Assembly: GCF_009914755.1 (NCBI RefSeq)
Contig: NC_060925.1
Length of the DNA: 64,000 nt
DNA from: the human T2T-CHM13v2.0 reference genome, Homo sapiens
Reading direction: 5' to 3' (one strand)
Of this stretch, positions 15,901-31,016 are shown piece after piece (within the stretch, counting starts at the first letter, position 1; the number at the start of each line of letters is the position of its first letter). Position numbers and translations under genes: made by a program. Under the pieces are notes generated by a model. The model searched no databases. It was not told the DNA's origin and saw only the letters and a list, made by a program, of their open reading frames with translations.

Positions 15901-18900
15901 AAACAGCAGCCAATTGCTGGAGGAGGGGCAAGTGCATGGATAAAGGTTATCTCTGTGTACTGGCAGGCAGGGACTGCAAGTCACACTATCTGGAGTTCCT
16001 GGCTATGCCACTGTTGCTTGCATCAAGAGCTAGCAAAAGCCCAAGATACAGTGAAATCCTGGAAAAAACTGTACTCAGCAGGCAACCCTCACAAGAGAAA
16101 TTGCATTAGCTGAGAAGTGCAGAAAAGATGAGCTCTCCAGGAACTCGCCCTTTCCTCCTGCCCTCTATTGACAAAAATCTTAATGTTATAACATTTGGCA
16201 AAAATATGTATATTAATGGCCCAGATCTATTTTCATAAATAATGCAATAAAATATAAATTTAGAGTGGAGAGGCAATAGCTGGATAAATGACAGTATAGT
16301 ATGTCTTTTTTCATTTTAAAATCTTTTTCTTGTCTTCTTATTTTTATTTAAGGCAGGTTTCTTACAGACAGCAAATAGTTGGGTTTTAATTTTTTGTGTA
16401 TAATCTGACAATCTCTGCCTTTTAATTGGGATATTTAGGCCACTTACAGTTAATATAATATTGATAGGGTTAGATTTAACCCTACTATTTTTCTAGTTGT
16501 TTTCCAGCAAATTGTTTCTTATTAACTAGTTATTTTATTTTTTTGTTCCTTTTTTTTTTTTTTACTTTTTTCGGGTCGATTAAACATTTTATATGATTTA
16601 GTTGTGTCCATTTAAACATACGAACTGGGTGACTGCTGAAGTATTCTGCACCAATTTAATCAATGAAATGGTTGCAATATTCTCACACTTTACTCTCCTA
16701 AGAGTGAAAAGTCATGGAGCTGGAGACATGTTTCTATCTTGCACTAAAAATCACCATTCCAAACAAATGATCAGACAAAGGTTTGGGGAGTTAATTATCT
16801 ATCAGTTTGACCCATCTAGATATATTTCTTATGAACAAGATTTGGAGCTGACTAATAACCAGTCTTGGGAGAAACCTTGGGACTTTTCTCCAGAGAATGA
16901 AGATTGTATTTCTGGTGTTCTACAAGCTCTACCTAAAGATTCTACCTGCGTAACATGGATAAAAAAGGAGACACAGCACTGCTAATGATTTCATTTTCCG
17001 GTAATCAATTACAGCTATTTACTCCATTCACCGTTTCCAGACCATACTTACCACCTGGTTATTTTTAGATGGCATGAAAAAATTACTCCAATAAATGGGA
17101 TATGGGAGATGATGCTGAGCAGCAGAGCGTTTGCACTATATGTGACCATAAATCAAGATGATATGTTACTAAAACAGCTGTCTGGATATGATGGAAAGCA
17201 GATTGTGGCCACCTGCCCAAAAGTTGGCTGTGGCTAGAAACCAGTTTGGAAAGACAGCAAATCTCTAATTGAATAGTTAACTGAATAATGACCCTAACGG
17301 AGTACCATTCCCTTCAATAATGCTGGTAATGAGTTTCTTATTCCCTCACCCCGGAGAAAAACTATTGGATATTTTAATCACTATAACATCTTCTGTTTTT
17401 AAAGGTCAGTGGCCAGGTTTGGTAGAAATCAAGATAAAGAAATTAATTTGTGTGTAAACTATGATAAACACTAGTGATGGCAGCACATTATTGGACAGTG
17501 AGACCTTTAGTAATGTTCTCTAATGACCCAAGTGCCAAAGATAGGAAAGGAATTTATCATCTCTTGAGGTGCAAAATGTTGGGGCAGGACAGATAAAAAA
17601 TCATTGTGACATCTCTATTTTGTCATCTCTATGTTACATAATGATGCCTGGAAGCTCATGTATGTCAAACCTTTACTACAATATCTGAGATATAGTTCTG
17701 TTCACAAACCAGATGTAATCCAGAATTCACTGAACCATGGTGGCCTCTCATTACCACCCAGATCACTAGGATGTGTGATACATGAGAAAGGCCATTTGTA
17801 TTGAGAATGAATGGAGAATTACAGTGCAACTTAGATTGTTTGATGTGTCAATTATTTGTTTAATCTCTGCCACAGCTATATGGTGAACAAAATATTTTTA
17901 TCTTACTGATAGAATAAAGTGAATATATTACTCATGTAAACAATGATCCCTGTGATGAGAAAATATTAAATAGATTGAAATCTCCCACTTACTAACACTC
18001 AGTAAATTTGGAGAAAGTTTCATTTTCTTATCTGTAAAATGGCTCTTCAATGGCTTTTAGAAACCTCAAAAACAGCATCATTATCTATCATATTACAATA
18101 AAAAAATTTATATTGAGTCTGAGCAATTTAGTCAACCAAAAAAGAATAATTAGGAGGTAATGAGTTGAGAAATGTTTGAAGTAATAGTCTTCTCTATACC
18201 TAATGGTTTTCAAATAATGATTCTGATAAAATAGAATAAAGATTTCATGAAAACTTTGATAGTCAAATTCCATTTAGCATTGATATATTTATTCTTTCAA
18301 GTAGGCTAGCACATTGGTAGATATGTTAAGAAAATCTTATTTATTTTATTCACTTTTTCTATTCATCATATGAACTCAGACTGAGACTTAAAGAAAAAAT
18401 ATTTCTGACAGAAAAAAAGCAACCATAGCTTCAAATTACAGTGATATTATTTCCTATCTAAACCATAGACTTAAGAAGTGCTTTCTCAAAATTTCATGTA
18501 CAACACAACTGTACAGATTTCTTGGTTCACATATATTCTGATAAATTAAGTATAATAAGGAAGTACGTATTTTGTTGTTATTTGTTTTTTTAAGTAGCCC
18601 TCACCACAAAAAGCCTTTAGCAAACATATTTTAAAAAGTAACACCTCTGAAATAATGAAATTTGTTAATGTTTTTTCCAAGAATGTGACAGTAAAACTAA
18701 TGCCCTCTTAAGTGATAAACAGGGAATCTTATCAGTTACAGGAGTAATGTTTCTGTATTTGGTGTTTTTATAGGGAAAAACTAGATCATAGAGGAAAAGG
18801 TTACAATTTGAACACTGGAATTATTCAGATTCTTTCCCCTTTTTCTCAAACCTATTGATGATAGGATTTGGGTTTATAGTTTTGTTTTCAAAGCACTTCT

Positions 18901-19504
18901 ATATATTATAATTTACTGACTTTTAATGAAAACTCAGTATATATAAATTAATGGTTTTGAAAGGCTTTTGCTTATTACTAGTATAAGATTTATTAAAGTA
19001 ATGTATTAAATATATGAATTGACATACTCATTAAAGAGATTTTTCCAAAACAGAAATGTCATTGTAGCCAAAATAGTCTTCATCTTAGTTCTTCCTATGC
19101 TTTCTACAACAGTTGGCACTTAATTTTGTGTAAATAGGAACCAAATATTTATAGTTGGTTATGTTCAAGGTTTTAAACACTATGAGCCTCTTTAATCTAC
19201 TGTGCCTTATTACAATAAACCAACACACATTTTTGATATAATGTAGCACAGAATAAGAAATAAATGAGGAAACAACCTAATTCCAGAGAGTTTTATCTGA
19301 ACAAAGTGAGAGAATTATATTACTTCTTTTCTATTTATGGTGACAATGTGGAAAATAATTCTGCCTAAGGAATTGATTGAAGGTAAATACAAACTTTTAC
19401 TTCAAAGCTTCTACCAGTTATTTGTCTAAAGATGGCAATAGCTCTGTTCTTTGGAAAGTTACAATCATGGACCTCATCCATTACTCATTTGCAGCCACTG
19501 AGCT

Positions 19505-19730
19505 AGATCAACAGACTTTTTCTCTAAAAGGCCAAATAGTATTTTATGCTTTCATGAGCCATATGGTCTCTGTAGTAACTACCCACCTTTGCCATTTAGT
19601 GCAAAAACTGCCATAAACAAATTGGTGTGGCTATATTCCAATGCAACTTTATGTTCCCATAAAACTTTCCTTATGAAAAAGAGTGGTGCGTCAGCATTTG
19701 GCCTTTGGGCCATAGTTTGCTGACTTCTGG
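19505..19730. mobile_element. MER58A hAT MITE
   Basis: aaaggccaaatagta...ggccatagtttgctgac. Confidence 0.7.
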
Positions 19731-19874
19731 TCCAGAAACAAGAATATAAAGAAGGGAGAATTGAAACAGATCTACCTAATAATTTAAAATTCTATCTCCA
19801 CAGAAAATCTGAGCAGATAATATTTTCATTATTATAAGTATTATCACTGAAAATATTTTGTTTCACCTTAGGAG

Positions 19875-19920
19875 GTGTGTGTGTGTGTGTATGTGTGTGT
19901 GTGTGAGAGAGAGAGAGAGT
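19875..19920. repeat. (TG)n(GA)n microsatellite
   Basis: read directly from sequence. Confidence 0.95.
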
Positions 19921-20924
19921 AGTAATTAACTACAGACAGTTAAATAAAGGCACTGTTCAGAGATGTGTGGGGAGATTTGAGAGGACCATCAAGTGATGGT
20001 GAAGTACATAAGATCTGGGAATAACAGGAAACTCTTTTCCCTTTATTAGGGAAGGACATAGTCTGCAGGAGCCTGGTCAGAGCTAGATTTCCAAGAGGGG
20101 TCCCTTACATGATATGTGGCCATAAAAGCACACAGGCACTTCCAGAACTATGTAGAAACATGGAATGATAAATGCTCTGACCACTATGCCCCCACCCATG
20201 TGTCCTTTATTCTCTTGCTGGTACCTGCCATTGGCTGACACAAATTGGAAACCAGAGAGCAAGGGATTCCAGGTGTTGCAGTCTATAACAGTCTCCCATG
20301 GCAAATAGAAAGGAAGAAAAAGGCAGGGAATAAATTGGGGAGTGCAACGGTGACTCAGTATTATTTCCAGGAACGATCACTGATGATTAAAAGAGCATAA
20401 TAAGATGTATGAAGAAGAGTTATTTTTTAATTTTATTGAAGCATAATTAAAATGCACTTATGCAAAGTAAACAATTTTATAAGCTTTGGCATACATATAT
20501 ATCCATAAACTATCACCACAATCAAGATAATGAACATATCTATCACTGGAAAAGTTTCCTAAAGTCCCTTTGTAACTTCCCTCCCATACTTTCCAACTCT
20601 CATCCCCAGAAAACCACTGATCTACCTGTTTTCTATGACTAAAGGCTAGTTTACATTTTTTAGAATTTTATTTAAGTAGAATCAACAGTACAGTATGTTT
20701 TCCTTTTTGTCTGCCTTCTTATACTTAGCATAATTATTTTGAGATTCATACAGGTTCTTGTGTGTAGAGATAGTTCATTTTATTTTGTTGCTGAGAAGTA
20801 TTTCATTATAAGGAATGGAAGTTATTTATTCACTCACCTGATGATAAACAGTTGGGTTTTATCAGGTTTTGGCTATTGCAGATAAAGTTGCTATGAATAT
20901 TTTTGTGAAAGTTTTTGTAGGAAC

Positions 20925-21400
20925 GTAGGTATAGTGGGGTGAATGAATATTGTTCCCCAAAAAGATATATCGAAGTATTAGCCTCCAAACAAATGTGAAT
21001 GTGACCTTATTTGGAAATTGGATTTTTGCAGATGTAATTAAGTTAGGGATCTTGAGAAGAGATCATCCTGGATTTAGGGTGGGCCATAAATCCAAAGACT
21101 GATATTCTTATAAGAGAGAAGAGAGGAAGATTTGAAAGACACAGTCTGAGTGAGCAGAAGGCCATGTGAAAATAAGAGTCAGAGTTTGGAGTGAGGCATC
21201 TATAAGCCAAGAAATGCTGCAGCCACCAAAAGCTAGGAGAGATGCACAGAACAGTGCATCACAGCCCTCAGAAGAAGCTCATCCTGTTGACACCTTTAAC
21301 TTGATTTTCTAGTCTCTGAACTGTGAAAGAATAAATGTTTGTTGCTTTAAGCCACCAGGTTTGTGGTGATTTGATATGGAAGCTATAGGAGACTAATACA
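20925..21400 (+). mobile_element. MLT1 (B/C-like) MaLR LTR
   Basis: gtgaatgtgaccttatttggaaat...agaataaatgtttgttgctttaagccacc...ctaataca. Confidence 0.8.
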
Positions 21401-24171
21401 ATATGCTTTCATTACTTTGGGGTAAATATCTAGGAGTAAAATGAATGAATAATATGCCAGATATATGTTTGACTATTTAAGAAACAGCCCAACTCTTTTT
21501 TTACAAAGTTGTACCATTTTATATTCTCATCAGCACTGTTCTAGTTATTCTACATCCTTGCCAACTCTTGGGATGTCAGACTTTTCAACTTTAGCCAGTA
21601 GATTAGGAACGTCGAGAGATAACTGACTCTAGTTTTACTTTGCATTTTTAAGCAATTAACAGTGTTGAGCATCTTTACATGTGCTTACTTTGCCTTCGAT
21701 ATACTTTCTTCATTGAAGTGTCCATTCACATCTTTTGTCCATGTTTAATTTTTTTGTTTTGTTGTTTTATTATTGACTTCAGGGGTTCTTTATACATTCT
21801 GAATACAAGTCCGTTTCTGCTATGTGATTTGCAATGTGTTCTTTCGATTGGTAGCTAGCCTTTTCTTTCTCTTAAAAGTTGATTTCAAAATTCAGATGTT
21901 TTTAATTTTGATTAAGGCCAATTTATCAACTTCTTTTTTATGGTGTATTAAAAAAAGCTTGGCCTACATGAAGGTCACAAAATTTTCCTGTTATGTTCTC
22001 TTCAAAAAATTTTACATTTTTAGATTACATTTAGGTCTATGGTCAATTTTGAATAATTTTTGTTAGTGCAAATAGATTAAAGCTATTTTTGTTATGTATA
22101 AATATCAAACTGTTTTAGCATAATTAGTTTTAAAAAATGACCTTTTTTCTACTTAAAACTTGCACCTGGCACCTTGCAACTTGCACCTTTGTAAAAATCT
22201 ATGGGTCTATTTCTGGACTCTTCTGTCCCATTGGTTGAATGGTCTATCTTCACAAGAATATCACACATTTTTATGTTCACATTTTTAAAAACTAAGTCTT
22301 GAAATGAGGTAGTGTTAGTCCCCTACTTTGTTTTATCTTTTTGAAGTATTTTTTTGGCTTTTCTAGAACTTTTGCATATCCACATTAATGTTAGAATCAG
22401 CTTATCTATATATATGAAGAAGTGTGCTAGGATTTTTTTTCAGATTGCATTGAATCTACACATCAATTTCAGGAGAATTAATATATTGAGAAGGATTGGT
22501 ATATCTAGCCATTTATTTAGGTCCCCTATAATTTCTTTTGGCAGTGTTTTATAACTATCAGTACAAGTTTTTTTATTGATACAAAATATTTTACATAGTT
22601 ATGGGGTACATGTGATATTTTGTTGCATACCTAAAATGTGTAATGATCCATTCAGGGTATTTGGGGTATCCATCACCTTGAGTATGTATCATTTCTATTT
22701 TGGGAACATTTCAAGTTCTCTCTTCAAGCTACTTTGAAATATAAAATACATTGTTGATAACTACAGTCACCCTACTTTGCTATTGAACATTAGAGCTTAT
22801 ACCTTCTATCTAACTACGTATTTGTACCCATTGTTCAACCTCTCTTTAACCCTGCTCCCACCCACACACCCTTCACAGCCTTTGGTATTTGGTATTTATT
22901 GTTTTGCTCTCTAGCTCCATAAGGTCAATTTTTTAAACTCCCATGTCTGAGTGAGAACATGTAATATTTGTCTTTCTGTGCCTACCTTATTTCATTTAAC
23001 AAAATGACTTTCAGTGCCATTCATGTTGCTGTAAATGACAAGATTTCATTCTTTTCATGGTTGAATAGCATTCCATTGTGTATATATACCACATTTTCTT
23101 TATCTGTTCATTCATTGATGGGTACTTAGGGTGATTCCATACCGTGGCTATTGTGAATAGTGCTGCAATAAACATGAAGGTTCAGGTATTCCTTTGATAT
23201 ACTGATTTATTTTCCTTTGAATAAATTCCCAGTAGTGGGATTACTCGATTGTATGGTAGTTCTACTTTTAGTTTTTTTAGACATCTCTGTACTGTTTTAT
23301 ATAGTGCCTGTATTAATTTATGTACCACTAACAGTGTATAAGAGTTCCCTTTTCTATGCATCCTGGCCAGTATCTTTTTTTTTTTTTTGTCTTTTTAATA
23401 ATAGTCATTCTAACTTGGATAAGATGATATTTCATTGTGGTTTTGATTTGCATTTCCCTGATGATTAGTGAAATTTAGCATTTTTTCATAAACCTGTTGG
23501 ACATTTGTATGTCTTCTTTTGAAAACTGTCTATCCATGTCCTTTGCCCACTTTTTAATGGGATTATTTGTTACTTTTACTGTTGAGTTGTTTGAGTTCCT
23601 TGTGTATTCTGGATATCCGTCCTTTGGTGGATGAATAGTTTGCAAATATTTTCTCCAACTCAACATGTTGTCTCTTCATTCTGCTGATTGTTTCATTTGC
23701 AGAAACTTTTCAGTTTAATATAGTCGTATTTATCAATTTTTTTGTTGTTGCTTTTGAGATTTTAGCCATAATATCTTTGCCAAGGCCAACATCCTGAAGT
23801 GTTTTCCCTATGTTTTCTGTTAGTAATTTTATAGTTTCAGGTCTTATGTTTAAGTCTTTAATCCATAATAAGTTTATTTTTATATATGGTGAGAGTTAGG
23901 GGTCTAGGTTTATGCAGATATCCAATTTTTCCAGCACCTTTTATTGAAGAGGTTGACTTTTTACCCCCAATGTATATTCTTGGTGCCTTTGTCAAAAATC
24001 AGCTGCCTATAAATATATGGGTTTATTTCTGGATTCTCTATTCTGGATTCTCTATTCTCTATCCATTGGTCAATGTGTCTGTTTTTATACCAATACCATG
24101 CTTTTTTGGTTTCTATAGCCTTGTAATATATTTTTAAGTCAGGTGGTGTGATGCTTCCAGCTTTGCCCTCC

Positions 24172-24467
24172 TTTTAATTTTTTTCTTTTTGAGACAGAGT
24201 CTTGTTCTGTCACCCAGGCTGGAGTGTAGTGGTGCCATCTCAGCTCACTGCAACCTCTGGCCTCTGGGTTTAAGCAATTCTGCCTCACCCTCCGGAGTAG
24301 CTGGGATTACGGGCACATGCCACGATGCCTGGCTAATTTTTGTGTTTTTAGTAGAGACAGGGTTTTACCATGTTAGTCAGGCTGGTCTGAAACTGCTGAT
24401 CTCATGATCTGCCTGCCTCAGACTCCAAAAGTGCTGGGATTACAAGCGTGAGCCACCACACCTGGCC
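24172..24467 (-). mobile_element. Alu (AluS-like)
   Basis: antisense Alu flanked by tgccctc..ttt. Confidence 0.9.
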
Positions 24468-24945
24468 CTGCCCTCTTTACTTAAGATTACTTAAATAAAG
24501 CTATTTCGGTTCTATTTTGGTTTTATACAATATTTAGGATAGTTTTTTTCTATTTTTGTGAAAAATGTCATTGGTATTTTGATAGAGATTGCACTGAATT
24601 TGTAGATTGCTTAATGCAGTATGGTGATTTCAATGATATTAATTCTTGTAATCCATGCACGTAGAAAGTATTTCCATTTGTTTGTTCCCTTTTAAATTTC
24701 ATTCATCAGTGTCTTGTAGTTTTCTTTGCTGAAATCTTTCATCTTCTTGGTTAAATTTATTCCTAGGTACGTTTTTTTGTTTTGTGTTTTTTTGTTGTTT
24801 TTTTTTTTGTTTTGTTTTCGGTAGCACTTGTAAATGGGATTGTTCTCTGGATTCCTTTTTCAGCTAGTTTGTTACTAGTATATACAAACACTACTGATAT
24901 TCTTACATTGATTTTGTATCCTGCAACTATACTGAATTTATTTAT

Positions 24946-25244
<299 letters not shown>

Positions 25245-28200
25245 TATACTGAATTTATTTATGAGATCGAAGTATTTTGGTTTAGTTTTTAGGTTTTTCT
25301 GGATATAATATGGTATCAGCAAAGAGGGACAATCTGACTTTCTCTTTTCCAATTTGGATGCCTTTTATTTCTTTCTCTTGTCTGATTGGTCTGGCTAAGA
25401 CATCCAGTACAATGTTAAATAAGAGTGATAAAAGTGGACACCCTTGCCTTGTTATATGTCTTACAGGAAAGGCTTTCATCTTTTCCCGATTCAGTATAAT
25501 ATTGGCTGTGGGTTTGTCATATATGGCATTTATTACATTGAGATATATTCCTTCTATGCCTAGTCTGTTGAGGCTTTTTATTATGAATAGATGTTGAATT
25601 CTATACAACATCTGATGCTTTTTCAGCATCAGTGGAGATGATCATATGGTTTTTGACCTTCATTCTGTTGATGTGATGTATTATATTTATTGAATTGCAT
25701 ATGTGGAACCACCCTTCTATTCTTGGGATATATTGGATTCAATTTGCTACTATTTTGTTGAGGATTTTCACATCTATGTTCATCAGGGATATTGGTCTGT
25801 GGGTTCCTTTTTTTTATCTGGTTTTGGTATCAGAGTAATGCTGGCTTCATAGAATGACTTAGGGAGAAGTCACATTTCTTCAATTTTTGGAATAGAAAAG
25901 AACTGGTGTTAGCTCTTCTTTGGATGTTTGATAGAATTTGGCAGTAAAGCCATTCATTCATGGACTTTCATTTTTGGGAGAGTTTTTATTATTGACTCTA
26001 TTTCATTACTCATTATTGATCTGTTCAGGTTTTCTAATTATTCCTGATTCAATCTTGGTAGGTTGTATGTGTCCAGGAATTTATCCCTTCTCCCTAAATT
26101 TTCATGTTTGTTAATGTATACTTGTTCCTAATGATATTCAATAAAATTTTTTATTTTTGTGGGATCAATTTTAATGTCTCCCTTTTCATTTTAATTTTGT
26201 TTATTTGGATCTTTTCTCTTTTTTCTTGGTTAATCTATTAAGTAGTTTATCAATTTTATTTCTCTTTTAAAACATCAACTTTTCATTTTGCTGATCCCTT
26301 CTATTATTTTTTAGTCTCTTTCATTTAATTCTTCTTTTCTTTATTATTTATTTTCTTCTACTAATATTCGGTTTCATTTGTTCTTGCTTTTCTAGTTCCT
26401 TGAGGTGCATTGTTAGATTGTTTATTTGAAATATTTCTAGTTTTTTTATGTAGGTGTTTATTGCTATAGAGTTCCCTCTTAGCACTGCTTTTGCTGTATG
26501 CCATACATTTTAGTATGTTGTGTTTCCATTTTCATTTGTCTCATAAAATTTTTGCTTTTATTCTTAACTTCTTCCTTGGCCCAGTGGTTATCCAGGAGTA
26601 TGTTGTTTAATTTGTATGTATTTGTACAGTTTCCCTAGTTCCTCTTGTTATTGATTTCTAGTTTTATTTTATTGTGGTCTGAGAAGAAACAATATGATTT
26701 CAATTTTTTTAATTTGTTGAGACTTGCTTTGTGTCCTAACATATGCTCTCTTCTGGAGAATGTTTCATGTGCTGATGAGAAGAATGTTTGTTCTGTAACT
26801 GTCAGATGAAATGTTCTGTAAATATCTGTTAGGTCCATTTGGTCCTATGTGCAGTTTAAATACAGTGTTCCTCTGTTAATATTCTAGATCAACAGTCTAA
26901 TGCTTAGAGTATTGAATTTCCCACCAATTATTGTATTGGAATCTGTCTCTCCCATTAAATCTAATAATATTTGCTTTATACATCTGGGTGCTCTAGTGTT
27001 AGGTGCATATATGTTTAGAATTATTATGTTCTTTTGCAGAATTAATTTCTTTATCATTATATAATGACCTTCTTTGTCTGTTTTTACTGTTTTTGATTTA
27101 AAGCCTTTCTTCTATTCTGACATAAGTATAGCTACTCCTGCTCACTTTTGATTTCCATTTTCATGGAATGTCTTTTTTCATCCCTTTTCTTTCAGTCTAT
27201 GTGTCTTTATAGGTGAGATTAGTTTATTCTATGTTGAGCCTTTTTTCCCTTATCCACTCACAGTCTATATCTTTTAAGCGGTAAGTTTTTATTCAATGTT
27301 ATTGTTGATATGTGAGGACTTATTCTTATCATTTTATTAATTGATTTCTGGTTGTTTTGCATATCCTTTGCTCCTTTCTTTCTCTCTTACTCCTTATCAT
27401 TGCAGTTTGGTGGTTTTCTGTAGTGGTAACATTTGAGTCTTTTCCTTATTTAAGTATTTGCTGAATCAGTGGTTTTTATTTTTTTGTGTGTTTTCATGAG
27501 AGTAGATATCATTTTTTGGTTCCCAGCATAGGACTCCCTTAAGCATTTCTTGTAAGACTGGTCTAGTGGTGATGAATTCTTTCAGTTTTTGCTTGTGTGG
27601 AAAATACTTTTTTTCTTCTTTATTTATGAAACATAACTTTGCTAGATATAATATCCTTGGCTGACTTTCTTTTTCCTTCAGCTCTTTGAATATATTATCC
27701 CGTTCTCTCCTGGCCTATGAGGTTTCTGCTGAGAAAATCTCTGTTAGTCTGATTGGTGTTCCTTTATAAATGACTAGATACTTTTCTCTTGTTGGTTTTA
27801 GAATTCTTTGTCTTTGACTTTTCACAGTTGGACTATAATACACCATGGAGAAGATCTTTTTTAAATTAAATCTATTTGGAGATCCGAAGTTCCTGTATCT
27901 GGATGTCTGAACCTGTTGCTGGACTTGGGAAGTTTTCATTTGTTATTTTGTTAAATAGATTTTCTAACCCTTTGTCTCCTCTTCACCTTCTGGGAGGGAC
28001 ATTGAAAATTCAAAAACGTGGTCACTTTATGGTGTCCCATATGTCATATAGGCTTGCCCATTCTTTTCACTTTATTTTTGTCTCACTGGGTTATTTCAAA
28101 AGACCTTCAAGTTCAAAGATTCTTCCTTCAGCTGCATCTAGTCTATTGCTGAATATTTCAAATATATTTTGTATTTCATTCAATAAATTCTTCAGTTCTA

Positions 28201-28494
28201 GTTCCAGAATTTCCATTTGGTTCTTTTTAATGGTTACTTTCTCATTCATATCCATAATTGTGTTTCTGATTTTTTTGGTATCTCTTTTCAGTATTCTCTT
28301 CTATCTCACTGGAGCTTCTTTAATATCAATATTTTGAGTCATTTTACCAGGATTTCAAAAATTTTTTTTGATTGGGATCTGTTGCTGAAGAATTAATGTG
28401 TTCCTTTGGAGGTGTCATATTTGCTTTTTTTCATGTTTCATATGTCCTTATGTTAATATCTATGCCTCTGGTGGTAACAGTTGCTTCTTCTATT

Positions 28495-28728
28495 TCTTAT
28501 TTATTTATTTATTTATTTATTTTGAGATGGAGTCTCACTCTGTTGCCCAGGCTGGAGTGCTAGGACTATAGGCACCCGCCACCATGCCCAGCTAATTTTT
28601 TTGTATTTTCAGTAGAGACAGGGTTTCACTGTGTTAGCCAGGATGGTCTTGATCTCCTGACCTCGTGACCCGCCCGCCCGGGCCTCCCAAAGTGCTGGGA
28701 TTATAGGCGTGAGCCACCACGCCCGGCC
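28495..28728 (-). mobile_element. Alu (AluY/Sc-like) with internal deletion
   Basis: jumps from gctggagtgc directly to taggactata at 28560/28561. Confidence 0.88.
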
Positions 28729-30722
28729 TGAATTTGCTTTTATAGGGGAGAATTTTTTCCTAAAGGTGTACCTATGGTATTGGATGGGTAGGGCACTTTG
28801 GCTTTGATATTCTGGGTGTGTGCAGTATTGCAATCTCTGCATGATTTCTTTGGCTATAAATAGTGTCAGTGGTGTCTGTGATTTCCTTGGTGGCTCAGGA
28901 TGGTGTTGTTAACGGAGGCTATGGCGAAGTTTTGGGATGCCACGATGTCTAGTCTTCAGGCACCAGTGACGGCATCAGTGAGCTGAGTATGCCTGTCCTT
29001 CTGTCCCAGGTTGGCATACACTGACACTGGTTTTAGCAGATCTAGGCAGGTCAATTTTTGGGCCTCCAGATAGCCTGTGTGAGTTCCAGAAATGGCAGCA
29101 GTGGGGTGGGCAGGTGGGTAGATTCTTGAGCCCTCAGTAGTAGGCATGGTGTGAGTGATGGCAGTTGCAGTAGTGGAACAATGCTCTGGGACCCAAGCTG
29201 TCAGTGCTGTTGTTGTCAGTGGCTGCAATAGGCTGGGCGGGTCAATTCCCAGGCCTGCAGGTGACACATGTGGGTGGGTGCAAGCTGTGGTTGTAGTGGT
29301 AGTTTGGGTGGGCCTGACCTCAGACCCTGGAAAAATGTTCAGTTGCCAACAGTGTTGGACTGGGCTGAGCAATTCTCAGAGGCCTAAATGGCATGCCCTT
29401 GTACTGTGTGTAGGGGAGTGGCAGAGGTGGGCTGAGTGGGCCCATCCTTAGGCCCCCTGGTGAGGTGTGCATGCACTGGCTGTGGTAGGCAGAGGTGGGG
29501 TGATTCCCTGGCCTTCAGAAGAATGCTCTGGTGGGAGCAGCAATGGGTGTGCTGCAGCCTTGCTACTGAGGAGAGGTGCATTGTTTTCAGTGGGAGCAGC
29601 TATAGGCAGGCAGCTGGCAGGGCATGCTTTGCTCATATTTCGGCCCCTCTGTAGCCTATAGTGGCAGCTGCTGCAGGCAGTGGAGTTTGTCCTCAGGGCA
29701 CATGAAAATGCATGGCTGCCCTTCGGCTGGGAGTCAGGATAACAACCAGTGGCTCCCACCTAAGCCCTGGTGGCAGCAGTTGCAGGAAGGGAATATCACT
29801 GTGGCTCCAGGGTTATGAAGATGCAGGGGTTTGGGGCCCTAGGTTAGAACATAGCTTGATGAGAGCTGGGCTCTCAAAAAGGCACCGTGCTGCAGCTGCT
29901 CAGGACTCAGGGATTTGTGGGACTCAGCCTGGGCTCTCTCTTTGAATTGTCATTTGCAGCCTCCAGGAAGCTCCCTATGTTAATCTCAGGGCCTGCAAGG
30001 GTAGAGGGACTCTCCAGTGGCAAGGATTGTGGGAGTCCGTGAAAGGAATCTGGACCACTGAGGGCTCTCTCTTACCCTTTCCCCATTTTAGGGAGCTCAC
30101 CAGGATCCCAGCCAATCCCAGCTAAGCAGGCTACCTGGCTGACCTCTCCTTCCATGCTTTCAGTGCTTCCCAGCACTTCTCTGTAGAATGCCAGTGTTCT
30201 CTCTTAAATAATCTATTTGAGTTATGATTATCTATTTGCTATTTTGTTTCTCCTCCATAGAAGAGACAAGTACCAGATGCATCTAGTCAGCCATCTTGAA
30301 GCCCCTCTACCAACACAAGGTTTTCCCATCTTTTCTCAAATACAAATACATTCTAGTAGCTTTACTCACCTATACATTCTAGTAGCTTTTTAATAGATTC
30401 CTTTAGGTTTTCTACATAAGTGGTTGTGCTTTTCTAAGCAAAGAAAATTTTATTTCTTTCTCTTCATTCTGGGAGCCTTTTGTATGTTTTCCTTGCATTA
30501 TTATACTGACTAAAACTACCAGTGCAATGTTGAGTAGAAGTGGTGAGGAAAGACAATCGTTGTTTTGTTCCTGACCTTTGGAGGAGAGCAGTTAATCTTT
30601 TACCATTAATATGATAACAGCTGGGTTTTCATAGATGTCCTTTATCTAGTTAAGGGTGTTTCCTCATATTCATAGTTTACTGAGGGTTAATATCAGGAAA
30701 AGATACTGGATTTTTAATGAAA

Positions 30723-31016
30723 TTTTTGTTTTTTTTTTTGAGACAGGTTTTTGCTCTTTCACCCAGGCTGGAGTACAGTGGCACAGCTCACTGCACCCGC
30801 AACTTTATGGACTCAAGCAATCCTCCTGCCTCAGCCTCTTGAGAAGCTGGGACTGAAAGCATGCACCACCATGGCCAGCTAATTTTTTCTACTTTTTGTG
30901 GAGGCAGAATTTCACTAAGTTGCCTAGGGTGGTCTTGAACTCCTGGGATCAAGCAATCGTCCTGCCTCAGCTTCCCAAAGTGCTGGGATTAAAGGCATGA
31001 GCCACTGTTCCCGGCC
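30723..31016 (-). mobile_element. Alu (AluJ-like)
   Basis: flanking repeat atactggattttt. Confidence 0.88.

Noticed and set aside
16602-16985. 127-aa ORF in unique-looking DNA
   Set aside because: TTG start, no recognisable homology or promoter; length compatible with chance.
17468-17487. CTCF-like motif cactagtgatggcagca
   Set aside because: A two-base insertion in the core relative to the consensus; not supportable without ChIP data.
28956-29945. Cluster of short ORFs
   Set aside because: They lie in the decayed GC-rich 5'UTR of the old L1 and show no coding signature.
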